Shown: positions 16,569 to 26,154, counted from the first letter of the stretch. The stretch is DNA of 28,284 bases from a candidate division WOR-3 bacterium (GCA_039802265.1 JBDRWI010000028.1:1-28284), one strand, 5' to 3'. Program-made: numbers and translations. The notes: generated by a model from the letters alone, not told the origin.

Positions 16569-18509
16569 ATGAAGGTCTTTTTGACAACCATCATAATGCT
16601 GGGAGTGGCAAGCGCGGGAAACTGGTTAATGAATGGTGATTTTGAGGAGGAGTTAACTACGGGCTGGACAGTAACCCAGTCGGGGTCATCAATTTATGTT
16701 GACCGCGCGACCGGTTATGAGCCAGACCCTGATTATGAGGCGCGCGTGGAAAAAGGTTCAGGAAATGGTTTTGTCCAGGTGGCACAGACCATTGATATTA
16801 CTACACCGAGCGAGTTTACCTTTTCAGCCAGGGCAAAGCTATACGCATACGACAATAATGCGGATACACTTACCTATGCTGCTGCCGCATTAAGGATAAT
16901 TTATCTTAATGCATCCGGCACGTTCCTTGGCGAAACAAGAATCTGTCAATTCACTGCACCCTGCCCCTGGCAGAATACCGCAACCTGTCATTTAATCATT
17001 GCCAGCGATTCATTTTGGCATAACTATTCTTTTAATCTTCAGACCGAACTTGGGAATCTGCCGGGTGTTAATCCTACAGCGGTCAAAAAGGTTGAAGTTG
17101 CCTTCTATGATACAACTGCCCACACTTGTTGAGGGGCAGCGCAACTGGCGAAGGTCTTCGCCGACGATGTAAAATTAGACTATATCGGAACAGGACTTTA
17201 TTTAAACTTCATCAAATCAAAGGTCTATGACGGAGGCGGCAATAATAATGGCCGACTGGACCCCGGTGAAACCGTAAACATTACCGCATTCCTGAAGAAT
17301 ATCGGTGGTGCCAATTTTACAAATCTAAATTCAACACTCTCAACGACAAGTCCTTATATCACGATCAACGACAACGCTGGTTATTTCGGGACAATTCTGA
17401 TTGATAGCACAAAGGAGAATATTGCTGACCCTTATGTTGTTTCGGTAAGTTCCTCAGCTCCACAGGGACATACTGCACAATTCCGTCTGATTGCAACCCA
17501 GGGTACCTTTGCTGATACGTTCTTCTTTAATCTTGTGGTTGGTTCCTATCATTATTTGGTCTGGAATCCTGACCCCACTCCATCTTCGGGACAAACAATG
17601 CATAATATACTGACATCCCTGGGATATGGCGGATTGTATTCAACTACCCTTCCGACAACCGACCTTGATGTTTATCGGGCAATCCTTGTCTGTGTTGGTA
17701 TATTCCCAAATAATTATGTCATTGGTGCAGGAAGTCCGGAGGCCACGGCACTTGTTAATTATGTAAATAACGGTGGCCGACTCTATCTTGAAGGTGGCGA
17801 TGTCTGGTGTTATGACCCATTATGGGGTGGATACGATTTCTGTCCTTTGTTTGGAATTAATCCTGATAATGATGGTGGTCCAGACTTAGGACCAATCCAG
17901 GGACAGTCTGGCACATTCACGAACCAGATGTATTTCAACTATGCGGGTGAGAATAATTATATGGACCACATAAGTCCGAGCGGGGGTGGTGCATTTCTTA
18001 TCTTCGTAGATGTTGATAATGCCTATAACTGTGCTGTCGCTCGTGACGCTGGAACATATCGCACAGTCGGGACTTCGTTTGAACTTGGTGCACTTGTTGA
18101 TGGTTCAGGTGTATCAACCCGTGCTGCACTTTTAGATTCAATTCTTCATTTCTTCGGGATATTTCAGACGCCAGTTTTTGAAGGAAATGTTCAAAAAGAC
18201 ATACAAGAGACACCAATACAGGTTAAACCAAATCCATTCCGGAATCATCTTGTGATTCAGTACCCACAAAGTACCATGAATTATGCACTAAAAGGCGATG
18301 AAGGAAACGGCTTTAGCCTTGCGCTCTATGATGCAACAGGCCAGAGGGTTAAAGATTTAACTCAATTACTTGGTCCTCGGTTATCCAATAACCAGATAAC
18401 CTGGGATGGAACAGATGATTTGGGTCGTCGCTTACCGGGAGGTATCTATTTTATCCATCTGAGGATAGGCAATCAGCAATATATTCAGAAGGTAGTAAAG
18501 ATTAAATAG
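16569..18509 (+). CDS. Putative selenoprotein: exported multidomain protein with a Cys-Sec pair and T9SS-type C-terminal domain (646 aa, Sec188)
   Basis: SD AAAGGAGG and a signal peptide. ORFs 16521-17132 and 17535-18509 share a frame, and the 402 nt between them are open after TGT-TGA (17127-17132): HTCUGAAQLAKVFADDVKL...DGGGNNNGRLDPGETVNI. C-terminus KPNPF..WDGTD..GIYF..QKVVKIK. Confidence 0.85.
17146..17163 (+). promoter_or_regulatory. Bacterial SECIS-like hairpin
   Basis: (T)GGCGAA-GGTC-TTCGCC(G) with a G-first loop. The Watson-Crick stem is separated from the UGA by 14 nt. Confidence 0.75.
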
Positions 18510-18524
18510 GGTATAACTCTATAA

Positions 18525-18554
18525 CTCCCCGTCCGCCATATGGCGGACGGGGAG
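18525..18554. repeat. Perfect 30-bp GC-rich palindrome (REP-like or 3' stabilising hairpin)
   Basis: CTCCCCGTCCGCCAT|ATGGCGGACGGGGAG, with no U-tract on the + strand. Confidence 0.7.
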
Positions 18555-18897
18555 AGGCAAGGGGTAAATCGAGTTAATTTCTTGAGATTTCGGTTGCCGG
18601 TAATTTTTTCTCCCAGATAATATTAAGGGGGGAGGATTAACCACGGTGTTTATCAAATTCCATTAATAATTATTTAGAAATGTACGGAGTAAAAGGATCC
18701 AGCTGTCAGGAGCCAGGACAAAGTTTACACTTTTACACCCGTCTGAGAGGTTTATTTATTGCAAAGGTAAAGCGACCTTTTAATTTTAAGGAGTGATTTC
18801 CACTTTTAAAATAATTTAATTCCTTCTTTTCTATCATCGGCTGTAATTGTAATGAGATTTAAGTAATTTTTCCTTTGAAAGCAATGGGTTGAAATCA

Positions 18898-18925
18898 TTG
18901 ACATTTATTAAAATATTTATATAAT
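18898..18925 (+). promoter_or_regulatory. Sigma70-like promoter
   Basis: TTGACA-N16-TATAAT. Confidence 0.8.
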
Positions 18926-18952
18926 AACTTAAATAGAGCAGGAGGTATTTTT

Positions 18953-21505
18953 ATGGTCAGCAAAAAAAAGGTGAACAAGAAGTTCAGTATTTACATCTTT
19001 TTATTAATAATTATTTTATCATCGGGGCATGCTGGCTGGAGAATACTGCCAAGTGGTGTAGACATCTTTTTAAGAGACATATCATTTGCTGACTCCCTTA
19101 GAGGTTGGATTGCTGGAGATTATGACTTCTTTAATTTTGATAGCAGCATCCTCCACACTACAAATGGAAGGGACTGGATTGAATTGTGGAGTCCAATAAA
19201 TTCCAATTTAAACAGTATTTGCTTTATTGATTCCCTGAACGGCTGGGTTGTATCAGATATTCCGTTTGCAGAGATAACCGATAGTATAATTGCCCATACA
19301 ACCGACGGCGGTATGTCCTGGAGTAAGCAGCGAAGTCCTGAATTGGTGCACTTAAATAGTGTGCATTTTGTAAATCAAACCCGTGGCTGGGCCGTTGGCA
19401 ATCTGGGCAAGATAATTGCTACAGTAAACGGCGGTGATTTATGGGTAAGCCAGAATAGTGGAACCGCTGTAAAATTGAATGATATCTATTTTGTTGACCA
19501 GTTGAATGGCTGGACAGTTGGTGATTCAGGTAAAATTATTCATACTACAAATGGTGGTATTTCTTGGTCCATTCAAACGAGTGGAATTCAGCAAGAGTTA
19601 AGGGCGGTATATTTTTATAATCTAAATATAGGATGGGTTGTTGGCAATTCAGGTACTGTGTTAACCACAACGAACGGTGGAAATGAATGGGTTTTGCAGA
19701 ATAGCGGCGTAAATAGCCAGCTTAACGATGTCTTCTTTACTGATATAGCACATGGCTGGGCAGTTGGTGACTCAGGCAGAATTATCTACACAATCGACGG
19801 CGGGAATAATTGGGCAGTCCAATCAAGCGGAGTTAGTAGTGCACTATTTGGCCTTTTCTTTATAAACCAGCATAAGGGTTGGGCAGCTGGTGGGGCAGGC
19901 ACCATTCTATTTTATGAAGATATTCCTCCTTCTACACCAGTCTTGATCGCACCTCCGGAATCGTCCAGAATAAATGATTTAACTTTAGCTTTTCTCTGGC
20001 ATAGAGCTCAGGATTATTCGGGCATAAAGAGATACTATCTCCAAATTGATACCACTGATAATTTCGTTGCACCCATTATAAGTGATTCCACCGTTGATAC
20101 AGTTTATCTATTGACTAATAATTTAGCAAACCGTCAATACTGGTGGCGGGTATGTGCTATGGACAGTGCTAACAACATTGGAAGTTGGTCTTTAATCTGG
20201 ACATTCTTTGTGGATACTGTTCGTCCTTATGTTGTTGGGACGGTGCCGGCTTTGGGTGATACTGGGGTATTGCCTGATGTTAGTATTTATGCGACTTTTT
20301 CGGAGTTGATGGATTCGGTGACGATGGTTCCTGGTAATTTTTCTGTGGTTGGTTCGGTGAGTGGTGTTCATGTGTTTGGTGTGAGTTATAGTAATTTAGA
20401 TTCGACGGTTTGTCTTGATCCGGTTGATAGTTTTTATTATGCGGAGACGGTGGTGGTTACGATAAGGAAGGAGGTTTGTGATTTAGCGGGTAATATGATG
20501 GTGGCGGATAAGGTTTGGGAGTTTTATATGCACACACCTTCACTGGATAACATCGGTCCAGTTACATCGCAACTTTTAGTTACACCCAATCCTACACAGG
20601 GTGCCCAAAGGATTGTTATTAAAGGAACTGTCTCCGATTCAACCTTTGGCAATTCAATAATTGAATCGGCTGAAATTTTTGTAGACTCAATAGGACCCGA
20701 TAGTACTGGGATAGCCCTCGCTCCGCTTGATGGAGTCTTTGACGAAATTACCGAGGAGGTTATTGATACTATGGATATCGCTAACTGGCAGTTTGGCACA
20801 TCCCGATGGTTATTTGTCCACGGTCTTGATGCCTCAGGCAATTGGGGGAACTTTGATTCAATCTGCGTAATTGTGACGCCGCCCCCGCCTGATACTACTC
20901 CTCCCACATTTGATATTACCATTATCCCCCAGGAGCCATATATTGGCGATACCATCACCATAAGGACAATCCCCAGCGAACCGCTCTGCTTTGATTCGGC
21001 GGTTATCTGCTCCATCACCACCCAAGATAGTACAATACACACTCTAACGCTTGCCATAGATACTTCGGGATATTATGGCAAAATGTGCACGGCGGGTTTT
21101 ACATCAGGAGTATGTGTGGTGAGGGTCTCAGGTTATGACCTTGCTGGAAATAAAGGCTCGTCTTCTACAAAATTCAATATTACCGCAAAACCCGGAGAAT
21201 TTATGCCTGAAGATATGGTATACGCCTGGCCCAATCCTGCCCGGGGAAATGAGGTAAATTTCCATTTCTATGTAACTACCAACGCGGATGTGACCGTTGA
21301 AGTATTCAATTTAAGGGGAAAATTGGTGACTAGGCTCAATGGGTATGGGGAAGGCGGTAGACCACCCCATCAACTAAACTCAAATGTAATCAAATGGGAT
21401 ATTACAAAAATTGCCAGTGATATTTATATCTTCAAGTTGTTAGCAAAAAGTCGTGAAACAGGTGAGACCAAGACGGTCGTTAAGAAATTTGCGATTGTAA
21501 AATAG
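18953..21505 (+). CDS. Exported YCF48/BNR-repeat beta-propeller protein with FN3/Ig-like domains and a C-terminal sorting-like domain
   Basis: About 7 repeats of L..v.F.d...GW.VG..G.I..T.nGG..W, a DLAGN Ig-like module, and a C-terminal WPNP..VFNLRGKLV..IYIF..KKFAIVK. Confidence 0.85.
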   Translation: MVSKKKVNKKFSIYIFLLIIILSSGHAGWRILPSGVDIFLRDISFADSLRGWIAGDYDFFNFDSSILHTTNGRDWIELWSPINSNLNSICFIDSLNGWVVSDIPFAEITDSIIAHTTDGGMSWSKQRSPELVHLNSVHFVNQTRGWAVGNLGKIIATVNGGDLWVSQNSGTAVKLNDIYFVDQLNGWTVGDSGKIIHTTNGGISWSIQTSGIQQELRAVYFYNLNIGWVVGNSGTVLTTTNGGNEWVLQNSGVNSQLNDVFFTDIAHGWAVGDSGRIIYTIDGGNNWAVQSSGVSSALFGLFFINQHKGWAAGGAGTILFYEDIPPSTPVLIAPPESSRINDLTLAFLWHRAQDYSGIKRYYLQIDTTDNFVAPIISDSTVDTVYLLTNNLANRQYWWRVCAMDSANNIGSWSLIWTFFVDTVRPYVVGTVPALGDTGVLPDVSIYATFSELMDSVTMVPGNFSVVGSVSGVHVFGVSYSNLDSTVCLDPVDSFYYAETVVVTIRKEVCDLAGNMMVADKVWEFYMHTPSLDNIGPVTSQLLVTPNPTQGAQRIVIKGTVSDSTFGNSIIESAEIFVDSIGPDSTGIALAPLDGVFDEITEEVIDTMDIANWQFGTSRWLFVHGLDASGNWGNFDSICVIVTPPPPDTTPPTFDITIIPQEPYIGDTITIRTIPSEPLCFDSAVICSITTQDSTIHTLTLAIDTSGYYGKMCTAGFTSGVCVVRVSGYDLAGNKGSSSTKFNITAKPGEFMPEDMVYAWPNPARGNEVNFHFYVTTNADVTVEVFNLRGKLVTRLNGYGEGGRPPHQLNSNVIKWDITKIASDIYIFKLLAKSRETGETKTVVKKFAIVK

Positions 21506-21513
21506 GAGGAGCA

Positions 21514-23421
21514 ATGTCCAAAAAATCTGTGCTTGCAATAGTTTTTTATCTTGCCTTAGTTTTTGCCGATACTGGTGGCAGTGGTGCGACATTTCTTACC
21601 CTTGATACCGGTGCCCGAAACTTAGGAATGGCTGGCTCAGGTAGTGCCTTTGCAAACGGAGTTCAATCTTTATGTTGGAATCCTGCTGTGCTCGGCTGGT
21701 TAAACGGAAAAGAGATTATCTGTTCCCACTCAGAGCATTTCCAGTCAATCAGGTATGAGAATATAGGATTCGCCTACGGCAGAAATAATACTGGTCTTGG
21801 TTTTTCTTTGAAAGGACTCTATCTTGGTGGTATTGAAGAGCGGACCGAGCCATCGCCTGAACCTATTTCCATGATGAATGCCTATTTCCTCGCCCCTACT
21901 CTATCACTGGGCAGGGTTGTTAGTAGATATTTTACCCTTGGTATGAATATAAAGTCAGTATATCAACAGATTGGCGATGACAACTCATTCTCTTTTGCTA
22001 CAGATATGGGAGTGGATACAAAGACACCTGTAAAAGGTATGAAAACCGGTCTATCAATCATTGACCTCGGGACCGGGGTTAAGTTTACAAGGTTTTCTTA
22101 TTCGCTACCCACCCGATTACGCCTCGGGCTGGGATATTCCCTGGCAGATGGAAATGTAAATCTTGCCCTTGACCTAATCAAGTTCCTTAAAGAAGACCTC
22201 GAATATGCCATGGGAATAGAAGGAAGAATGATTGAAAGGCTCTCTCTGAGATTAGGCTATCGCGGAACTTTCAACGGAGAAGATAATTATGGTGGACTCG
22301 CCTGTGGTTTTGGTGTTCAAGTTCAGAATTTTGATGTTGACTACGCCTTCACCACAAATGGTTCCTTAGGTGGAACACACACCTTTTCAATATCCTATTT
22401 CTGGGGGCGCAGTGAAAGAGTGAAGGCTGAAAGAGGATTGCTCATCGCTGAAGAATTTATGAAAAGGATTAAATATCAGGCACAGGAGTTTTACAACCAA
22501 GGATTAGCCGCAAAAAACAATGGTATGGACGAAGAGGCGATTAAGAATTTTGAAACGAGCCTTATTTGGAATTCCGATTTTCGTGAACCGGTTCCCTATA
22601 TTGAGGCCTTAAAGAAGAATAAATTTAATAGATGCCTCCAGGCCGGCTACAATGCATATAAGGGGAATGACTACATTGAAGCTATTTACCAATTTTCCTG
22701 TGCGGCAAGGATTGATTCTACGGATAAAAATGCCCAGGGTTGGCTCAAGGCAAGTCTGGCTGCACTTGTTAAGGCAACCAGTGAAAAGATTTCGGAAAAA
22801 ACTAAAAGAGAAAGGATATCATACTACATACAATCAGGTGGAGAATGTTTTTCAAAAAAAGATTATAAAGAGGCAATCAGGCAGTGGTATAATGCCCTTG
22901 CCATTGATTCCACGCAAATTTCAGTTCGGAGATTTATTGAAGCGGCTAAAATAAAAATCAGAGATTATATTCAGGTCCTGATAGAACAAAAAAGGCTATT
23001 CAAGGCATTAGGCAGGGTTAAAGAATATCTTTCTTTGGAACCCGAAAATCAGGAGTTTCTGGATAAAAAGGCGTATCTTGAGAAAGAGCTCAATAACTTG
23101 ACACTGGCTCATATTGATAATGGTATCAGATTCTTCAATCGAGGAAGTTATCTAAGTTCAAAGGTTGAATTCCGGATTGTCCACCTGCTGGAGCCACAGA
23201 ATTTTACTGCCAAACATTATTTAGCCAAGATAAATTCATTGAGGATAGAACCAAACACGATTGAATTGAATAATCTCTATGAAAAAGGTGCTCAATTTTA
23301 TGCCCAGGGTAATTACGAATTTGCACTTGAGTGCTATGAGGGTATTAAAGAGTTTAAACCGGACTTTTTCGGTGTCCAAAAGAATATTGAGCTTATAAGA
23401 AAGAAGATAGCAGAAAATTAA
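21514..23421 (+). CDS. PorV/PorQ (UPF0164/FadL-like) beta-barrel fused to TPR repeats
   Basis: FL.L..GAR..GMAG, WNPA, LP..LRLG, LRLGY, VDYAF and LG.TH..S motifs, followed by helical TPR-like repeats. Confidence 0.8.
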   Translation: MSKKSVLAIVFYLALVFADTGGSGATFLTLDTGARNLGMAGSGSAFANGVQSLCWNPAVLGWLNGKEIICSHSEHFQSIRYENIGFAYGRNNTGLGFSLKGLYLGGIEERTEPSPEPISMMNAYFLAPTLSLGRVVSRYFTLGMNIKSVYQQIGDDNSFSFATDMGVDTKTPVKGMKTGLSIIDLGTGVKFTRFSYSLPTRLRLGLGYSLADGNVNLALDLIKFLKEDLEYAMGIEGRMIERLSLRLGYRGTFNGEDNYGGLACGFGVQVQNFDVDYAFTTNGSLGGTHTFSISYFWGRSERVKAERGLLIAEEFMKRIKYQAQEFYNQGLAAKNNGMDEEAIKNFETSLIWNSDFREPVPYIEALKKNKFNRCLQAGYNAYKGNDYIEAIYQFSCAARIDSTDKNAQGWLKASLAALVKATSEKISEKTKRERISYYIQSGGECFSKKDYKEAIRQWYNALAIDSTQISVRRFIEAAKIKIRDYIQVLIEQKRLFKALGRVKEYLSLEPENQEFLDKKAYLEKELNNLTLAHIDNGIRFFNRGSYLSSKVEFRIVHLLEPQNFTAKHYLAKINSLRIEPNTIELNNLYEKGAQFYAQGNYEFALECYEGIKEFKPDFFGVQKNIELIRKKIAEN

Positions 23422-23430
23422 GGATTCAGA

Positions 23431-24954
23431 TTATTCAAGGCTACCAACAACCTTTTCTACCTCGTGGAGTATTTCACAGGATTTTACGAGCTCCTTCATC
23501 CTGGTATGGTCAGGGTATAAAGGTCTGTCCTCATCAAGATGGGCAACATATCTCCTGATAACTTCCTTTGCTGCACGAACACCCCGGCCCGGTGTAAATT
23601 CTCGAAAATCTAATGCCTGTGCAGCGGCCATAAACTCAATTCCCAGGACTCCATAGGCATTATCAAGAATCTGATTATTCTTTATGGCAGTATTCATTCC
23701 CATAGACACAAAGTCCTCTTGGTCCGCAGCCGCGGGTATGGATTGAATTGATGCAGGCATTGAAAGGATTCTCTGCTCAACAATCAACATATCTGCCGTA
23801 TATTGACTGAGCATCATTCCTGAGAACATACCCGCACCTTTGGTCAGGAACTCGGGCAGGCCCTGGCTCAGATTGGCATTGGTGAGCCGATTTAGACGTC
23901 TCTCAGAAAGCACACACACCATAGTCACCGCCGCACCAACCATATCCATAGGCAATGAGACGGGAGACCCCTGGAAGTTGGCACCAGTAAGAGTCAACTT
24001 ATATTCGGGTAAGAAGATAGGATTGTCACCAACACCATTCAATTCAATCTCCACCTGCTCTTTAGCCCAGCGCACCGCATCATGGGCTGCACCAATTACC
24101 TGTGGCGACGACCGCATTGAATAGGCATCCTGAACCTTGGTCTTAAATTTGCCGGTTAAAAGGTCACTACCTTCAATACACTTCATAATTGCCCGGGCTG
24201 ACCTTATTGCCCCTGGGAAACCTCTTGCCTCATGCAGGCGCACATCATAAGGTTTCATATTGGCGAGCAGTGCCTCAAGGGTCATGGCACAGGCAATCTC
24301 TGACTGCTTAAGCCATCGGTTTATATCGTATAACTGTATCGCACTCATTGCGGTAATGAGATTTGAGCCATTTATTGTTGCCAGTCCATCCCTTGCCTTA
24401 AGTCCAGGAATGGAAATTCCTGCCCTTTCCATTGCCACACGACCCGGAAGTAGTTCACCTTGATAATATGCTTGGCCCTCACCTAAGAGCAGAAGGGCAA
24501 TCTGAGACATTGGCGCCAGGTCACCACAGGCACCGACCGACCCCTTCTGGCAGACTACAGGAGTAACGCCTTTATTCAACATCTCAACTAAGGTAATAGG
24601 GATTTCTGGCCGGCATCCAGATTTTCCCTTTGCGAGAACATTTACCCTGCTTACCATTGCCCCACGGACAAATTCTATGGGTGCTGGTTCACCTATGCCT
24701 GCGGCATGATTATATATAAGATATTTCTGAAACTGTTCTAACTGCTCATCCGAGAGAATTTTCTCTGACAACTCACCGATCCCGGTGTTTATCCCGTACA
24801 TAATTTCTCGGGCTTTGATTTTTTCCTCTACCATTTTACGGCATTCCTTAATCCGCTCAATCGCCTCCGGCGCCAGTTCCACTTTCTCGTTATGACGGGC
24901 AATTGCGACTAATTTCTCAATTGTTAAACTTTCACCATTAAGAACAATCGCCAT
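23431..24954 (-). CDS. Aromatic amino acid ammonia-lyase (HutH-like, MIO family) with an Ala-Cys-Gly motif
   Basis: YGINTG, GSVGACGDLAP, NG, QDAYSMR, DNP and QED.VSMG motifs. Confidence 0.9.
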   Translation of the reverse strand: MAIVLNGESLTIEKLVAIARHNEKVELAPEAIERIKECRKMVEEKIKAREIMYGINTGIGELSEKILSDEQLEQFQKYLIYNHAAGIGEPAPIEFVRGAMVSRVNVLAKGKSGCRPEIPITLVEMLNKGVTPVVCQKGSVGACGDLAPMSQIALLLLGEGQAYYQGELLPGRVAMERAGISIPGLKARDGLATINGSNLITAMSAIQLYDINRWLKQSEIACAMTLEALLANMKPYDVRLHEARGFPGAIRSARAIMKCIEGSDLLTGKFKTKVQDAYSMRSSPQVIGAAHDAVRWAKEQVEIELNGVGDNPIFLPEYKLTLTGANFQGSPVSLPMDMVGAAVTMVCVLSERRLNRLTNANLSQGLPEFLTKGAGMFSGMMLSQYTADMLIVEQRILSMPASIQSIPAAADQEDFVSMGMNTAIKNNQILDNAYGVLGIEFMAAAQALDFREFTPGRGVRAAKEVIRRYVAHLDEDRPLYPDHTRMKELVKSCEILHEVEKVVGSLE

Positions 24955-24975
24955 AAATTTTTCTCCTTTGCCACA

Positions 24976-25003
24976 ATTCTATTTAATATTGGGCAAAAGT
25001 CAA
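24976..25003 (-). promoter_or_regulatory. Promoter of the ammonia-lyase gene
   Basis: TTGACT-N16-TAGAAT, followed by SD AAAGGAG. Confidence 0.75.
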
Positions 25004-25077
25004 GCCTATTTAATCTAACTGTTATTTTAAAGTTAACACCTTTCAGACAGGTTAAGAAATGTTAACTTCCACATGCA

Positions 25078-25105
25078 TTGACTTAATTGAACAATCAATT
25101 ATAAT
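25078..25105 (+). promoter_or_regulatory. Promoter of the radical SAM gene (leaderless arrangement)
   Basis: TTGACT-N16-TATAAT-N5-ATG with no SD. Confidence 0.7.
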
Positions 25106-25110
25106 CGGTT

Positions 25111-26154
25111 ATGAAGTGTGTGATGTGTCAGAAAGAAACCATTCTTGCCCGAATTCTTCCTTATTGTTCGGAATGCATCCGTCAACAATTTGATAAAATC
25201 TATCCGGAAATTTTAAAAATTCATCAGCAGACAAGGAGTGCTTACCTTCTGCCCGGAGAAGTTCCTCAGGATAAGGATGGCATACCCTGCGGATTATGTG
25301 TTAACAATTGCCGCATTGGAATTGGTCAATCAGGTTATTGTGGTGTGAGAAAAAATATTGCAAAAAAGATTATCGGCCCTGATGAAAATTGGGTTTATGT
25401 AGATTGGTATCACGACCCGCTGCCTACAAATTGTGTTGCCGACTGGGTTTGTGCGGGTAGCAAAGACTATGGCTATAAAAACTTAGCAGTCTTCTATGAG
25501 GCATGCAGTTTTAATTGTCTATTCTGTCAAAACTGGCAGTATCGGGAAAGAAAGAATCGGGCAACGGTTGAGGAACTGGTGCGTGCCGCAGACCCACTTA
25601 CCTCCTGTATCTGTTATTTCGGTGGCGACCCCACACCGTTTGCCCTACATTCCATCGTCGCGGCAAATGAGATTTTAGCACGAAAAAAACACAAAAAATT
25701 TAGAATCTGCTGGGAGACCAATGGTTCGGTTTCGCCAAAGATAATGATAGAATGGGTTGCCCTGGCATTGGAAACAGACGGTTGTATAAAGATTGATTTC
25801 AAGGCATTTTCTGATAGTTTAAATATTGCATTATGCGGCTCATCAAATAGCAATACAAAAGAAAATATCAAAATTGTAGCAAAATATATTCCCCAGCGAG
25901 AAAAACCACCAATTTTGATTGTTAGTACCCTGTTAATCCCTGGCTACATTGATGAGTATGAGATAACCGAAATGGCGAAGTTCTTGAGTTCAATAAATAA
26001 AGATATACCCTGGTCATTTTTGGGTTTTTATCCACATTTCTATTTTAGTGATTTACCCAGGACTTCAAGGAGGCAGGCAGAACAGGCATTGGAAATTGCC
26101 AGAGATTATGGAATAAAAAATACCCATATCGGCAATGTTCATCTTTTGGTTTGA
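25111..26154 (+). CDS. Radical SAM protein, PFL-activase-like/AmmeMemoRadiSam-like
   Basis: CSFNCLFCQN, FGGDP, ETNG, IDFKAF, STLLIPG and HIGN motifs, with extra N-terminal Cys clusters. Confidence 0.88.
   Translation: MKCVMCQKETILARILPYCSECIRQQFDKIYPEILKIHQQTRSAYLLPGEVPQDKDGIPCGLCVNNCRIGIGQSGYCGVRKNIAKKIIGPDENWVYVDWYHDPLPTNCVADWVCAGSKDYGYKNLAVFYEACSFNCLFCQNWQYRERKNRATVEELVRAADPLTSCICYFGGDPTPFALHSIVAANEILARKKHKKFRICWETNGSVSPKIMIEWVALALETDGCIKIDFKAFSDSLNIALCGSSNSNTKENIKIVAKYIPQREKPPILIVSTLLIPGYIDEYEITEMAKFLSSINKDIPWSFLGFYPHFYFSDLPRTSRRQAEQALEIARDYGIKNTHIGNVHLLV

Noticed and set aside
15585..17132. Genome-wide UGA reassignment (code 4 or 25) as the explanation for the in-frame TGAs
   Set aside because: TGA ends genes at their expected C-termini (kinase, hypC, radical SAM), Trp is TGG in the codons checked, and long genes have no internal TGA.
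18560..18890. Hidden gene or ncRNA in the 330-nt spacer
   Set aside because: The frames examined are broken by stops and I found no recognisable motif or stable structure.
19030..19915. Periodic repeats as a CRISPR array or DNA tandem repeat
   Set aside because: They are degenerate protein-level BNR/YCF48 repeats, with no identical DNA repeats or spacers.
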